Notes: generated by a model from the letters alone, not told the origin. Shown: positions 1 to 9,970, numbered from the stretch's first letter. The stretch: DNA of 64,000 nt from Candidatus Zipacnadia bacterium (GCA_029820945.1 JALGUJ010000003.1:6873-70872), one strand, 5' to 3'. Translations and numbers: made by a program.

Positions 1-1
1 C

Positions 2-340
2 GTGACGGAGTACCTGGGACGCCGGGGGCACGAGGTGGCCGTGACTGAAAGCGCTGAGGCCGGCCTGGAGATGGCACTGGCCGACAGCTACGACGTGATC
101 ATCTGCGACATGCGGCTGCCGGGCATGAGCGGCGAGGACTTCTGCGTCAAGCTCCTCGAGCAACGGCCGACCGCCGCCGATCGGATACTCGTCGCAACCG
201 GCGACCTGCTCAGCCCGCAGACCCAGGCCTTCTTCGATCGCACGGGCCTGCCGCACATCCACAAGCCCTTCCAGCTCCAGGACCTGGAGAGGATCATCGC
301 CGACGTGATGGCGGGCCGACGCGTGCGTTCGGGCTCGTAG
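2..340 (+). CDS. Response-regulator receiver domain (5'-partial; probably the C-terminus of a hybrid sensor kinase)
   Basis: YDVIICDMRLPGMSG (phospho-acceptor Asp), ATG (conserved Thr), HKPF (conserved Lys-Pro); the frame is open at the window edge. Confidence 0.85.
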   Translation: MTEYLGRRGHEVAVTESAEAGLEMALADSYDVIICDMRLPGMSGEDFCVKLLEQRPTAADRILVATGDLLSPQTQAFFDRTGLPHIHKPFQLQDLERIIADVMAGRRVRSGS

Positions 341-370
341 TCGGCGGCGCGGCCCCCCACGCCAGCGGGC

Positions 371-2467
371 TCAGTCACCGACGCTGAAGTTGACCGTCTG
401 CTCGTTCACCACCACGTCGCCGGCCCCCAGCAGTCGGGCGGTCACCGAGTAGCTGTCGGCAATGCCGATAAGCAAGACCCTCAGATTCACCTCATTGCCG
501 GCCTGCCACGTCCCGTCGTTCGCGGCCACGGCCGTGCCCTCCGCCAACTGGCCGGAGAGGAAGGCCTCCCGGTACCGGACCAGCCAGTGCACTCGCGATC
601 CTGCCGGCGCGGTGCCTGCCGGCGTGATGCGCTCGGCCGTCCGCGCCCCCTGCGCGGGCGTGGTAATGGCGAACGGGATCTCGGCCGGCGGCCGGATAGT
701 GAGCCGCTGGGGGATCTGCGCATCGTGCACGGTGCCGTCCGCGGCGGTGAAGTGAAGGGTGACGAGGACGTTTTCGGCCCGGTCGCCCTGCTGGACGGTG
801 TAGCTGCCCACGTAGGTAGTGGTGTCCGGCTGACGCTGCATCGGGACGCCTCGCCGCACGTCGCCGATGTCGAAGCTGGCGCCCTGGCCGGCCTCGGCGA
901 CGGTCATGGTGACCGTCAGCTCATCGCCGGGGACGAGCGGTGCCTGTGCGCTGTGCTGCCCGGTGAGGATGCCGCCGGCGGCCTGCGCCTGAGTCGTGAA
1001 CTGCCACGTCTGCGTGGCACGATTGCCGGCCAGGTCATACACCTCAACGGTGACGCTGTGCACGCCCCGGGCCAGCTCGTCAGGGCGGTAGGTAATCTGG
1101 GTGGCCGTGACCTGCGCATCGGCCGTCACGTCGCGGCCGTCGAAGGTCATCGTCACCCTTGACCGGTCGATGCCCGCCGGCCCGCGGTCCGCGTAGCGGG
1201 CGTTCACGGTGGGCCGCGCCGCAGTGACGGTCGCGTTGCGCGCGGGCAGCATCTCCTCGATGCTCGGGGCCGCCGTGTCCACGGTGACGGGCGTATTGCT
1301 GTCAACGGCATCGGACTGCGCCCCGCCGGCTTCCAGCCGGGCGGTGAGGTGGCGTCCGGCGATCTCCATGCCGTTGGGCACGGTGAACGACGTGGTGTAG
1401 ACCCCCGGCTGGACCTCCGGGAGGGCGGCGGTGAGGCCTGTGTCCGCAAGGGCGACGTTGGCCCGGGCGCCGGCGCTCCCCAGGACCGTCAACTCCATCG
1501 TCTCGCCGGCCGCCAGGGGTCCGTCATAGCGCGGGATTACGAAGGCGGCGATGGTCGGCCGGTCGGAGGCCGGCGGCTGAGTGTTGCCCGGCCGCTGTGA
1601 GAGGATGCCCCAGACCTCGTTGGTGCTCGGGTTCAGGCGCAGGATGGCGGCCTCGCCCACCACGCCGAGCAGATGCAGCACCCCGCCGTCGGAGCCGTAG
1701 GCCCGAATGCCCGCGCCCACGCCGAAGGTCTGGCCGGTGTCGAGGGTCAGTTGGTTGCCGGAAACGGCCGTCACCGTGCCCAGCGCCTGGGCGTAGCCGG
1801 CACGCACCGTCTGCGCCAGGCCATCCGGGTCGAGCCCGAGGTCGAGAAGGTCGCCGGGTTCGAGGTCCGAGGGCGCGACGCCACTGGGAGTGGCGTCCCG
1901 GCGCCCGCGGGTGAAACGGGCGTCCCGCGCGGCCTGCACCTGCTGGAGTGCGACCTCGCCGATCGGCCGCACCAGAAGCGTGTCGCCCTCGACGTCCAGG
2001 AATGTGGCGGCCACGTGTCTCAGCTCCACGGGAGGCTCGGGAGATGTGAGCACGAGGCTCAGGGCCTCCCTGTCCCAGTTCACGTGGAAACCAAGACGTC
2101 TGGCGGTCTCCGGGCCGGGCACGTAGGGCACGCCGTTGAGCGTCTGCACGGCCCATGGCGCGTTCTCGCGCTCCCCGTTAACCAGCACCCAGCCGCGGTC
2201 ACGGACCATCTGAATCGTTGCGCCGCGGAACCTGACGTCCAACTGCAGCGTATCATCGGACCACGTGACGTCCGCGCCCAGCGCGCGGAGGAACGACTCC
2301 GCTGGCAGCATCGGGAAGACCATGTCAACCATGAGGATCGGCCCGTCAAAGGCCATGGGCTCCCCATCAAGCGTAACCTCCACGTTGCGGACGTTGGGCT
2401 GGCCGAAGCAGGCGGTGATCGAGAAGGTGAGGACGGACACGATCAGTGCGCCTCTCGCGCGTGCCAT
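371..2467 (-). CDS. Secreted protein with copper amine oxidase N-terminal-like (stalk) domain followed by beta-rich/Ig-like domains
   Basis: ATG at 2467 after a GGAGG RBS; signal peptide MARARGALIVSVLTFSITACFG; stalk-like LRALGADVTW...NGVPYVP...LGFHVNWD; Ig-like GVHSVTVEVYDLAGN. Confidence 0.7.
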   Translation of the reverse strand: MARARGALIVSVLTFSITACFGQPNVRNVEVTLDGEPMAFDGPILMVDMVFPMLPAESFLRALGADVTWSDDTLQLDVRFRGATIQMVRDRGWVLVNGERENAPWAVQTLNGVPYVPGPETARRLGFHVNWDREALSLVLTSPEPPVELRHVAATFLDVEGDTLLVRPIGEVALQQVQAARDARFTRGRRDATPSGVAPSDLEPGDLLDLGLDPDGLAQTVRAGYAQALGTVTAVSGNQLTLDTGQTFGVGAGIRAYGSDGGVLHLLGVVGEAAILRLNPSTNEVWGILSQRPGNTQPPASDRPTIAAFVIPRYDGPLAAGETMELTVLGSAGARANVALADTGLTAALPEVQPGVYTTSFTVPNGMEIAGRHLTARLEAGGAQSDAVDSNTPVTVDTAAPSIEEMLPARNATVTAARPTVNARYADRGPAGIDRSRVTMTFDGRDVTADAQVTATQITYRPDELARGVHSVTVEVYDLAGNRATQTWQFTTQAQAAGGILTGQHSAQAPLVPGDELTVTMTVAEAGQGASFDIGDVRRGVPMQRQPDTTTYVGSYTVQQGDRAENVLVTLHFTAADGTVHDAQIPQRLTIRPPAEIPFAITTPAQGARTAERITPAGTAPAGSRVHWLVRYREAFLSGQLAEGTAVAANDGTWQAGNEVNLRVLLIGIADSYSVTARLLGAGDVVVNEQTVNFSVGD

Positions 2468-2664
2468 TCTGCGGCCACCTCCATCTGCGCACGAACGACT
2501 CGTGCTCTTCACGCATATGCCCTTCGCCGCCGCCCATGCGCGAACCTGCATGGGGCCCCGGACACGGCGCTGCGGTTGACGGTGATGGGCGCGGGTGGTA
2601 AGCTTTTCCGGCGTTGCCGCGCCACCCTGGTGCCGAACACCCGCCGAGCTGGGGGTCGCACACC

Positions 2665-5235
2665 GTGCCATCGCTCACCACCGAGTTCATCGGGCTCTCG
2701 CTGCGAAGCCCGATGATTGCCGGCTCAGCAGCCATCACCAAGGACCTCGAACAGATGCGGCGAGCCGAGGACGCCGGCGCGGGCGCCGTCGTCATGAAGG
2801 GCTTCTCCGACATCGTTGAGATGCGGACCTCACCCGCCCCCCGGTACCGCATCATCGAGCACGAGCTCGCCGCTCGCGACGCATTCACCTTCTACTCCTA
2901 CGAGCAGGCCAGCGCCTTCGACGCGCACGAGTACGCCGAGGAGGTGGCGCGCGCCGTCGAGGCGCTCTCCATCCCCGTCATCGCGAACATCGACTGCCAG
3001 ACGCTCGAGAGCTGGCTCGAGACCACAGCGATCATCGCCGAGGCCGGGCCCGCCGCGCTCGAGATTAACGTCTCCTGCCCGCACGGCTCGATCGCGTTCA
3101 GCGGCCAGGACGTGGAGCGACGCATCCTCGAGGTCGTGGCGGCGGTGCGGAAGCAGATCTCGCTCCCGCTCGTGGTGAAGCTGACGCCGCAGCTCACGTC
3201 ACCGATGAGCTTCGTCGCGGCCATCGAGGAGATCGGCGTCGAGGCCGTGACCATGTTCAATCGCTTCACGGGCCTGGAGGTGAACGTCGAGTCCGGACGG
3301 CCGGTCATGCATGGGGGCTATGCCGGCCACGGCGGGCCATGGTCGCGCAACTTCGTGCTGCGCTGGGTGAGCGCCATCGCGCCCACGACCTCGCTGCAGA
3401 TCAGCGCCAGCGGAGGCGTCTCAGAGCCTGAGCACGCGCTCGCCTACGTGTTGGGCGGCGCGGACACCGTCCAGGTCTGCACCGGCATCTACATGGAGGG
3501 CTGGGACATCCTCACGCGGCTCAACGCTCAGCTCCTCGAGTTCATGGTGCAGCAGGGGGTCGAGACGCTCGACGAGATCCGCGGGAGCCTCACCGACCGC
3601 ATCGTCGCGCTGGAGGACGTGGACCGCCGGCACCTGATTGTGGCGGAGATCCAGCCCCGGGGCACGCCGCCCTGCCGGTGGGAGTGCCCGATCAACGAGG
3701 ATGTGCAGGGCTACCTCGACCTCATTGCCCAGGGGAAGTATGACCACGCCCTGCGGCTGATCAAGCAGAACCACCCGTTTCCAGGGGTGCTGGGTCGATG
3801 CTGCCACCACCCATGCGAGACGGCCTGCACGCGTAGCGAGGTGGATGACCCGATCGCGATCGCCGCGCTGAAGCGCTTCGCGGCGGACCACGGCGGCCGC
3901 TACCTGCCGGAGACACCGGCACCGCCCGCCTGGGAAGACGAGCGGGTCGCCATCGTCGGCGCCGGTCCCGGCGGACTCACGGCCGCGTACCGACTGGCGC
4001 TGATGGGCTACCGCTCCACGGTCTTCGAGCGACTACCGGTGCCAGGCGGCATGCTGTCCGTGGGGATCCCCGAGTATCGCCTGCCGCGCGCGGTGGTCGA
4101 GCATGAGATCGGGGAGATCGAGTCCCTGGGCGTAGAGATTCGGACCGGCGTGTCGATCGGCCAGGACCTCACTATCGACGACCTGCGGGAGCAGGGCTAC
4201 TCGGCCGTGCTGCTGTGCGTCGGCGGGCACCGGCAGCGCAAGCTGGGTGTGCCGGGCGAGGACCTGGCGGGTGTCATCGATGGCGTGAGGCTCCTGCGCG
4301 AGCACAACCTCGGCGAGGACGTCGCGCTCGGCCCCCACGTAGTCATCATCGGCGGCGGCGACGTCGCGGTGGACAGCGCCCGGGTGGCCGCCAGGCTGAC
4401 GGAGCGCGTGACCCTCGTCTACCGCCGGCGCTTCGAGGACATGCCGGCCCGCCGCGAGGAGGTCGAGGAGGCGCTGGAGGAGGGTGTGGAGCTGCTCGAT
4501 CAGCTTCAGCCAACCGAGATCCTGGGAGAGGACGGGCGGGCGACGGCGGTGCGCTGCGTGCACACGCGGCCCACCGCGGCCGGCGTCGATGGGCGCGTGG
4601 GCTTCGGGCTGATCGAGGGCTCGACGGAGACCATCGACTGCGACACGGTGGTGGTCGCCATCGGCCAGCTTCCCGACATCGCATGGCTCAAGGCGTTGGG
4701 CCTCCATAAGTTGTGCTCGGGCGACAGAGTGGCGGCCGACCCCGAGACCGGTGCAACCTGCGAGGCGGATATCTTCGCCTGTGGTGACTGCGTCACCGGT
4801 CCTGGGCCGCTGGTCGAGGCGGTGGCGGCGGGAAAGCGAGCGGCCTTCACCATCGCCGCCTTCCTGCGCGGTGAGGAGATGGCGCCACCGGAGCCGGCGC
4901 TGGAGCCGGTCGAGCCCGAGGACGTGATCCGCGACAGCGAGCCGATCGTGCTGACGCGACGCCAGCGCATGTCCCGGCGGCCGGCTGAGCAACGCGTTCG
5001 CGACTTCGACGAGGTCGCGCTGGGCCTCCCCGAGGAGATCGCGCGGGCTGAGGCGCAGCGCTGCATGGACTGCGGGCGGTGCGGGAACTGCGGTGACTGC
5101 ATGCGCGTCTGTCCGTGGCGAGCCATCGAGCGCGTCGATGATGTCATGCAGGTCGATCCGGAGGCGTGCGATAGCTGCGGCCTGTGCGTGCTGATCTGCG
5201 CCCAGAAGGCGATTGAGCTGGTGGATCGGGGGTAG
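2665..5235 (+). CDS. Fused dihydropyrimidine/dihydroorotate dehydrogenase-like flavoprotein: FMN barrel (PreA-like) + FAD/NAD(P)H Fe-S module (PreT/GltD-like) + 2x[4Fe-4S]
   Basis: GTG start at 2665; barrel motifs EINVSCPH, VVKLTPQ, ISASGGV, VQVCTG; GltD-like PCRWECP, LGRCCHHPCETAC, IVGAGPGG, IIGGGDVAVD, FACGD; C-terminal CGNCGDCMRVCP and CDSCGLCVLIC. Confidence 0.85.
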   Translation: MPSLTTEFIGLSLRSPMIAGSAAITKDLEQMRRAEDAGAGAVVMKGFSDIVEMRTSPAPRYRIIEHELAARDAFTFYSYEQASAFDAHEYAEEVARAVEALSIPVIANIDCQTLESWLETTAIIAEAGPAALEINVSCPHGSIAFSGQDVERRILEVVAAVRKQISLPLVVKLTPQLTSPMSFVAAIEEIGVEAVTMFNRFTGLEVNVESGRPVMHGGYAGHGGPWSRNFVLRWVSAIAPTTSLQISASGGVSEPEHALAYVLGGADTVQVCTGIYMEGWDILTRLNAQLLEFMVQQGVETLDEIRGSLTDRIVALEDVDRRHLIVAEIQPRGTPPCRWECPINEDVQGYLDLIAQGKYDHALRLIKQNHPFPGVLGRCCHHPCETACTRSEVDDPIAIAALKRFAADHGGRYLPETPAPPAWEDERVAIVGAGPGGLTAAYRLALMGYRSTVFERLPVPGGMLSVGIPEYRLPRAVVEHEIGEIESLGVEIRTGVSIGQDLTIDDLREQGYSAVLLCVGGHRQRKLGVPGEDLAGVIDGVRLLREHNLGEDVALGPHVVIIGGGDVAVDSARVAARLTERVTLVYRRRFEDMPARREEVEEALEEGVELLDQLQPTEILGEDGRATAVRCVHTRPTAAGVDGRVGFGLIEGSTETIDCDTVVVAIGQLPDIAWLKALGLHKLCSGDRVAADPETGATCEADIFACGDCVTGPGPLVEAVAAGKRAAFTIAAFLRGEEMAPPEPALEPVEPEDVIRDSEPIVLTRRQRMSRRPAEQRVRDFDEVALGLPEEIARAEAQRCMDCGRCGNCGDCMRVCPWRAIERVDDVMQVDPEACDSCGLCVLICAQKAIELVDRG

Positions 5236-5319
5236 CCCGGCCGCCGTCCGCCCATCAGGATCCCAGGGACTACCCCCGACGCGACAGCGCCCCCAATCCG
5301 TTCAGGAGGCCCGGAGGGG

Positions 5320-5790
5320 CTAGCCCGGCCACTCGCCGGAGAGGACCCGCTGCCAGCGGTGGACGGCGCGCTCCTGGAGTTCGGTCTGTATCGAGCCCGG
5401 ACGCACGCGGCGAACCCGGTCGATGGCCTCCTCCGCCCCCATGCCCCTGCTGACCAGGTAGCAGGCGATCATGGTGCCGGTCCGCCCGAGCCCCGCGAGG
5501 CAGTGCGTCCCCACGCCGACGCCGCCGCGCACCGCCTGGTCGACGAACTCCACGTAGCGCTCGATCTGCTCGGTCTCCGGCGGCGTCATGTCCTCCACGG
5601 GCAGGTGCAGCACACGGAACCGCCGGGCCGCCGCCAGCTCACGCGGTAGCTCCTCCGTCAGCGACACGATGGCCCCGATGCCCTCCTCCGCGAGGAAGTC
5701 GAGATCGCGGAGGGCCAGAGCCGAGAAGGCCGCCAGCTCGCCCTCGATCACCCAGTCCACCTGGTAGGCCCAGGCACGGTCATTCGGCAT
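5320..5790 (-). CDS. Dual-specificity protein phosphatase (PTP/DSP, CX5R family)
   Basis: HLPVEDMTPP acid loop, HCLAGLGRTG P-loop, VRRVRPGSIQTELQ. Start MPNDRAW at 5790; the longer track ORF upstream is shadow sequence. Confidence 0.9.
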   Translation of the reverse strand: MPNDRAWAYQVDWVIEGELAAFSALALRDLDFLAEEGIGAIVSLTEELPRELAAARRFRVLHLPVEDMTPPETEQIERYVEFVDQAVRGGVGVGTHCLAGLGRTGTMIACYLVSRGMGAEEAIDRVRRVRPGSIQTELQERAVHRWQRVLSGEWPG

Positions 5791-6700
5791 CGGATTCGTG
5801 CTGCTCCTTGGAACGCCTGGCGGCCTCGGCTGCGAGCCCGTCGGCGCGCTGGTTCTCCTCGCGAGGCACGTGTACGCAGTCAAACTCGTCGAGCCTGGCA
5901 ATGAGTTTGCTCGCCCGGCGATACAGGGGTCGGAGATGCCCGGCCTTGACGCGGTACTCTCCGGTGAGCTGTCTGACCACGAGCTGACTGTCCATACGCG
6001 CCTGCAGCCGGCGGACGCCCTGTCGCTGGGCCTCGTGCAGGCCCATGATGAGCGCTCGGTACTCGGCGACGTTGACGGTCGTGGGCGGGAGGGGCACCGA
6101 GCCCTCCGCGAGCGTTTGCCCGGTAACGGTCTCCAGCACAAAGCCTGCTCCGGCCGGACCGGGGTTGCCCAGCGACGCCCCGTCGGAGTAAAGCACCGCC
6201 TCGGCCACCTCGCCCGCCCGCGGCTGTCGCTCCAGCGAGACCTCCCGTGCGCCCTCGAAGCGCACCGTGCGACAGGCGCCGCGCAGAGGCTCCAGCCCCT
6301 CCGTGACCCGCGCGACGACGACTCCAGGCCGCCACCCCTGTGGCGTGAGCGGACGGCCCCGGTCGCCGTAGAAGACCGCCACCGTCGCGCCGGTGGCGCG
6401 CGGCTCGCCCCCCAGGTCCTCCTCATCGACCGGGGGCGGCAGCAGCAGCACCTCGCCCGGCGCGGGCCGGTCGGTCTCGTTCTCGACCGGGATCTGCCCG
6501 CCCCGCGGCTCGCCGTGGCGCTCGGGCACGTGGACGATGACGGCGGGGCCGGCGTAGATCGCGTGCACGGCTCTTCCCACGAAGGGCGTCGCGAGCAGCC
6601 CCCAGAGCAGGTCCGATGCCCCGGGGGCGGCATCGTCGCAGAGCCGGGCGCGGGCCTCAGTCTGCAGGTCGCGAAAGCTGATCCGGATCAGGCGGCTCAT
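5780..6700 (-). CDS. rnhA: Ribonuclease HI with N-terminal cyclophilin-like (DUF3830-like) domain
   Basis: C-terminal YSDGASLGNPGPAG, NVAEYRAL, RMDSQLVV, HVPREENQRAD (D-E-D-D intact); N-terminal AVHAIYAG...IPVENETDRPAPGEVLL...VFYG resembles DUF3830. Confidence 0.85.
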   Translation of the reverse strand: MSRLIRISFRDLQTEARARLCDDAAPGASDLLWGLLATPFVGRAVHAIYAGPAVIVHVPERHGEPRGGQIPVENETDRPAPGEVLLLPPPVDEEDLGGEPRATGATVAVFYGDRGRPLTPQGWRPGVVVARVTEGLEPLRGACRTVRFEGAREVSLERQPRAGEVAEAVLYSDGASLGNPGPAGAGFVLETVTGQTLAEGSVPLPPTTVNVAEYRALIMGLHEAQRQGVRRLQARMDSQLVVRQLTGEYRVKAGHLRPLYRRASKLIARLDEFDCVHVPREENQRADGLAAEAARRSKEQHESDAE

Positions 6701-7709
6701 CGTCGGTCCCGACGAGGGGCTGCGGGGCCTCGGGAGCAGCGAACAGCGGCTGTGCCTCACCGCTCGCGGCGCGGGCGGCAAGCTGCGGCTCGCCGATGGC
6801 CTCAGCCATCATCGTCAGGTCGAAACCCTCCTTCCGCATGCGCAGGTCGTAGTAGATCAGCACGGTGCCCACGATCTGGATGGGCTGCAGCAGGAGTTGG
6901 GCGGCGGCGGACAGCGCGCTGAGCACCGCCTGCGTCACACCGAAGGGGATGCCCTGCACGAAGTACGCAGCCGCCTGGGCCGGCCACACGACGATGCCGG
7001 TGAGCATGACCACGAACAGCCACAGGAGCCCGAGTGAGACCAGTATGCGCCAGAAGTGCCCGCCTGTGAGCTCCCAGCTTCGTTGCAGCGCGTGGATCGG
7101 CCCCACCTCCTCGAGGACGACCGCGAGCGGACCGAAGAAGAGCTTGATCACAATGACCAACATCACGTGGACCATGACCAGCGCCACGATGACGCCGAGG
7201 ACCACCGCCGCGACCGGCGCTGCATTGCCGCCGAGGGAGGCGGCGCCGGCAATGAGCAGCGCGGTCGGGATGGTCACTGCAGTCACGACCACGCCGACGA
7301 CAAGGGCCGTGAACAGGGCGACGGCGATCAGGCTCGGCCAACGGCGCAGCGCGAAGGCGTAGGCGTCGGCCACCGAGGTCTCGGCGCCGAGGTAGTACTC
7401 GGCTACAGCCTTGGCGATGGCGGCCTGCACCAGGGGCATCGACAGCCAGAAGAGGATGACCAGGAGCCCGTAGGCGGCGAGGCCGACAACCCCGAAGCCC
7501 CGGTCCGGCAGCGGCCCGGTGACGTCCAGGCCCTGGAACACCAGCGCAGCGGCAACCACGTTCAGAACACCCAGAGGGACGTAGACCACCGCGCCGATGC
7601 GCACGATCCGCCCGAAGTACCGGGTGTACAGCCGCACGATGGCGTCCAGCAGGTCGGCCAGGTTCAGCGGCTTCAACTCGAATACCGCATCCCGTGCCTC
7701 GTCAGACAT
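6657..7709 (-). CDS. Integral membrane protein (GDPD-membrane-domain/DUF7544-like)
   Basis: LKPLNLADLLD start, several hydrophobic segments, ALQRSWELTGGHFWRI, LIYYDLRMRKEGFDL. Confidence 0.7.
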   Translation of the reverse strand: MSDEARDAVFELKPLNLADLLDAIVRLYTRYFGRIVRIGAVVYVPLGVLNVVAAALVFQGLDVTGPLPDRGFGVVGLAAYGLLVILFWLSMPLVQAAIAKAVAEYYLGAETSVADAYAFALRRWPSLIAVALFTALVVGVVVTAVTIPTALLIAGAASLGGNAAPVAAVVLGVIVALVMVHVMLVIVIKLFFGPLAVVLEEVGPIHALQRSWELTGGHFWRILVSLGLLWLFVVMLTGIVVWPAQAAAYFVQGIPFGVTQAVLSALSAAAQLLLQPIQIVGTVLIYYDLRMRKEGFDLTMMAEAIGEPQLAARAASGEAQPLFAAPEAPQPLVGTDDEPPDPDQLSRPAD

Positions 7710-7712
7710 CTG

Positions 7713-8744
7713 CTAGTCACCCCCTGCGACCAACACATTCTCGCCCGCGCCGCAGATTCCTGTTCCGGCGGGCACAGACCCGTCCTCCTCGACGATGACG
7801 TGCCGCAGATCGCAGCCATTCCCGACGCACGCGCCAGGGAAGAGCATGGCCTGCGACACCGTGGCGCCGTCGCCCACCGAGGCCCCGGCCATGACGACCA
7901 CGTTCGGGCCTATCCGCGCATTGCCCACGACCGCGTCGGGTCCGAGAAGTACCGGCGGAATGAGCTCGGCTCGCGGCCCAAGCCGGGCCTCCGGATGGAA
8001 GAGGAGCCCGGAGTGGGAGATGTGGCTGATGATCCGGGCGGAGACGGCCAGGGCGGTGCCGGGGCGCGCGACATCCGACCAGTAGCCCTCGACTACGCAG
8101 GACCTGATGGTCACGCCCTGTTCGAGCATGGTCTGGATCGCGGACGGCACCTCCAGCTCCCCACGTTCGGACATCTCCGTTTCGTCCAGTATGTCCAGGA
8201 GCTCGGGCCCGAACACGAAGAGACCCGCGTTGTTGAAGTTGGTGCTCGAGGTGCCACGCTCGGGCTTCTCGATGATGCGCGTGACGCGGCCGTGCTCGAC
8301 GTAGACCGCCGCGCCCTCCCAGGGGTCATCGACCCGGTTGACGGAGAGGATCGCGTCCGGCTGCTCGACCCGGTAGAGGCGCATCAGGTTGCGGTAGTTG
8401 TCGGGCGGGATGATGATGTCTCCCCACCCGAGCACGAAGCGCTCGCGGCCGATGAAGTCGCGGGCGAGCAGCACCGCCGCGCCCGTGCCGCCATAGTGCT
8501 CCTGCCAGACGTAGTGGAGGCGGCAGCCCAGGCGCGTGCCGTCGCCGAGGCGCTCCTGGATCTGCTCGCCGAGGTGGCCGATAACCAGGCAGATGTCGCG
8601 CACGCCCGCCGAGGCCAGGCCGCCGACGATGTGCTCGATGATGGGCCTGCCCGCGACCGGGACCAGCGGCTTGGGCCGTCTGTGGGTGAGGGGGCGCATC
8701 CGCGTTCCCTCGCCGGCGGCGAGGATGACGGCCTTGAGGCTCAT
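7713..8744 (-). CDS. Sugar-phosphate nucleotidyltransferase with C-terminal hexapeptide (LbH) repeats
   Basis: AVILAAGEGTRMRPLT...PKPL, IIEKP, RGELE, YWSDV; ATG at 8744 overlaps the upstream stop (ATGA). Confidence 0.9.
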   Translation of the reverse strand: MSLKAVILAAGEGTRMRPLTHRRPKPLVPVAGRPIIEHIVGGLASAGVRDICLVIGHLGEQIQERLGDGTRLGCRLHYVWQEHYGGTGAAVLLARDFIGRERFVLGWGDIIIPPDNYRNLMRLYRVEQPDAILSVNRVDDPWEGAAVYVEHGRVTRIIEKPERGTSSTNFNNAGLFVFGPELLDILDETEMSERGELEVPSAIQTMLEQGVTIRSCVVEGYWSDVARPGTALAVSARIISHISHSGLLFHPEARLGPRAELIPPVLLGPDAVVGNARIGPNVVVMAGASVGDGATVSQAMLFPGACVGNGCDLRHVIVEEDGSVPAGTGICGAGENVLVAGGD

Positions 8745-9970
8745 TGTCCGGTCACCTCCAGGTGGTTGCGGGCGGCGCGCCTGGCGATGCTGCCGCGCAT
8801 CTGGCGCCAGGCCAGGTAGACCGCGGCGGCCACGGCGGCGAAGACGAGCGCGGCCATGATGTAGGGCTCGCGCAGGCCGAGCACGTCCGCGACGAAGCCA
8901 CCTGAGAGCGGCCCGAGGAAGACACCGCTGCCGAGCACAGCCTCGTGGATGCCGGTTCGCGCGCCGCGGGAGACGGCCTGGCCCTCCAGGCTGTAGTAGA
9001 GGCTCGAGACGTATGTCACGCCCGCGCCCATGCCACCGAGGGCGAAGGCCGCGGCGAAGGACCACGGGGAGCGCGCGAAGTAGGCCAGCAGCCAGGCGCC
9101 GCCACCCGCTCCCAGGGCGACCATCAGCGGCCACAGACGGTACTGCCAGCCCGAGCGATTGCGCAAGTAGGCGAACATGGCGAGCTGCCCGGCGAGGAAG
9201 GTCGCCACCGTCGCGCCGATCGTGGACTGGTGCAGGCCCATCTCGGTGCCGAGCTTGGTGAAGACCACGATGTTGAGGCCCCGGCCGAACCAGCTCGCGA
9301 AGTTCGCGATCCAGGCCAGATGCAGGAAGCGCCGGGCCACGTCGCCGTCGGGGCGCTTGTGATCGCGCTCCTCGGGCGCCTCCTCTCCCCCACCCTCCAC
9401 CTCATCGGGGATGGTCTGCAGCAGCACGAGCAGGCCGAGGACCAGGGCGGCGGCGATGGTGAAGGGAGCGCCCGTTCCCAGATGCCACGCGACGCCGGCC
9501 AGCACGGGGCCGCACATCAGCCCGACCGTCCAGGCGATGTTGAAGCCGCCGATGTTCTGGACCAGGCGCTCTCGGCCCCCCACCGTCACCTCTGACAGCC
9601 AGGCCTGCAGGGGCGGCCAGAACATGGCGATGGCCGAGCCCGAGAAGGGCAGAATGGCGAGAAGTTGCAGCGGTGAGCTCGCCTGCGTCATCGACAGCCA
9701 GGCGATGGCGCAGACCAGACAGCCGACGCTCACGAGCAGGCGCCGGCCCAGGTGATCGGAGAGACGCCCGGTGACGAGGCACAGGAGTGTGTAGGCGAGC
9801 GGACTGATAGTGCCCAGCCAGCCGAGGACGCTCGGGCGTGCCTGCAGATGGTTGCCGAGGAACTGCACGCCCATGCCCATCATGGCCACGGCCAGGTCCA
9901 TGACGAGGGCCGCGATGAGGATGCGATGCACCGGGCTGAGCCGTGGAGCCGGATTTGGCCCGTCGGTCAC
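8741..9970 (-). CDS. MFS transporter
   Basis: Motif A GRLSDHLGRR; about 12 hydrophobic segments; GTG at 9970 overlaps the upstream stop. Confidence 0.88.
   Translation of the reverse strand: MTDGPNPAPRLSPVHRILIAALVMDLAVAMMGMGVQFLGNHLQARPSVLGWLGTISPLAYTLLCLVTGRLSDHLGRRLLVSVGCLVCAIAWLSMTQASSPLQLLAILPFSGSAIAMFWPPLQAWLSEVTVGGRERLVQNIGGFNIAWTVGLMCGPVLAGVAWHLGTGAPFTIAAALVLGLLVLLQTIPDEVEGGGEEAPEERDHKRPDGDVARRFLHLAWIANFASWFGRGLNIVVFTKLGTEMGLHQSTIGATVATFLAGQLAMFAYLRNRSGWQYRLWPLMVALGAGGGAWLLAYFARSPWSFAAAFALGGMGAGVTYVSSLYYSLEGQAVSRGARTGIHEAVLGSGVFLGPLSGGFVADVLGLREPYIMAALVFAAVAAAVYLAWRQMRGSIARRAARNHLEVTGQ

Noticed and set aside
5791-6633. Apparent long N-terminal extension on the phosphatase; likewise the extensions at 8745-9134, 10747-11148 and 27938-28330
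   Set aside because: They overlap neighbouring real genes in another frame or strand and read as Arg/Pro/Ser-rich noise; downstream starts fit the families.
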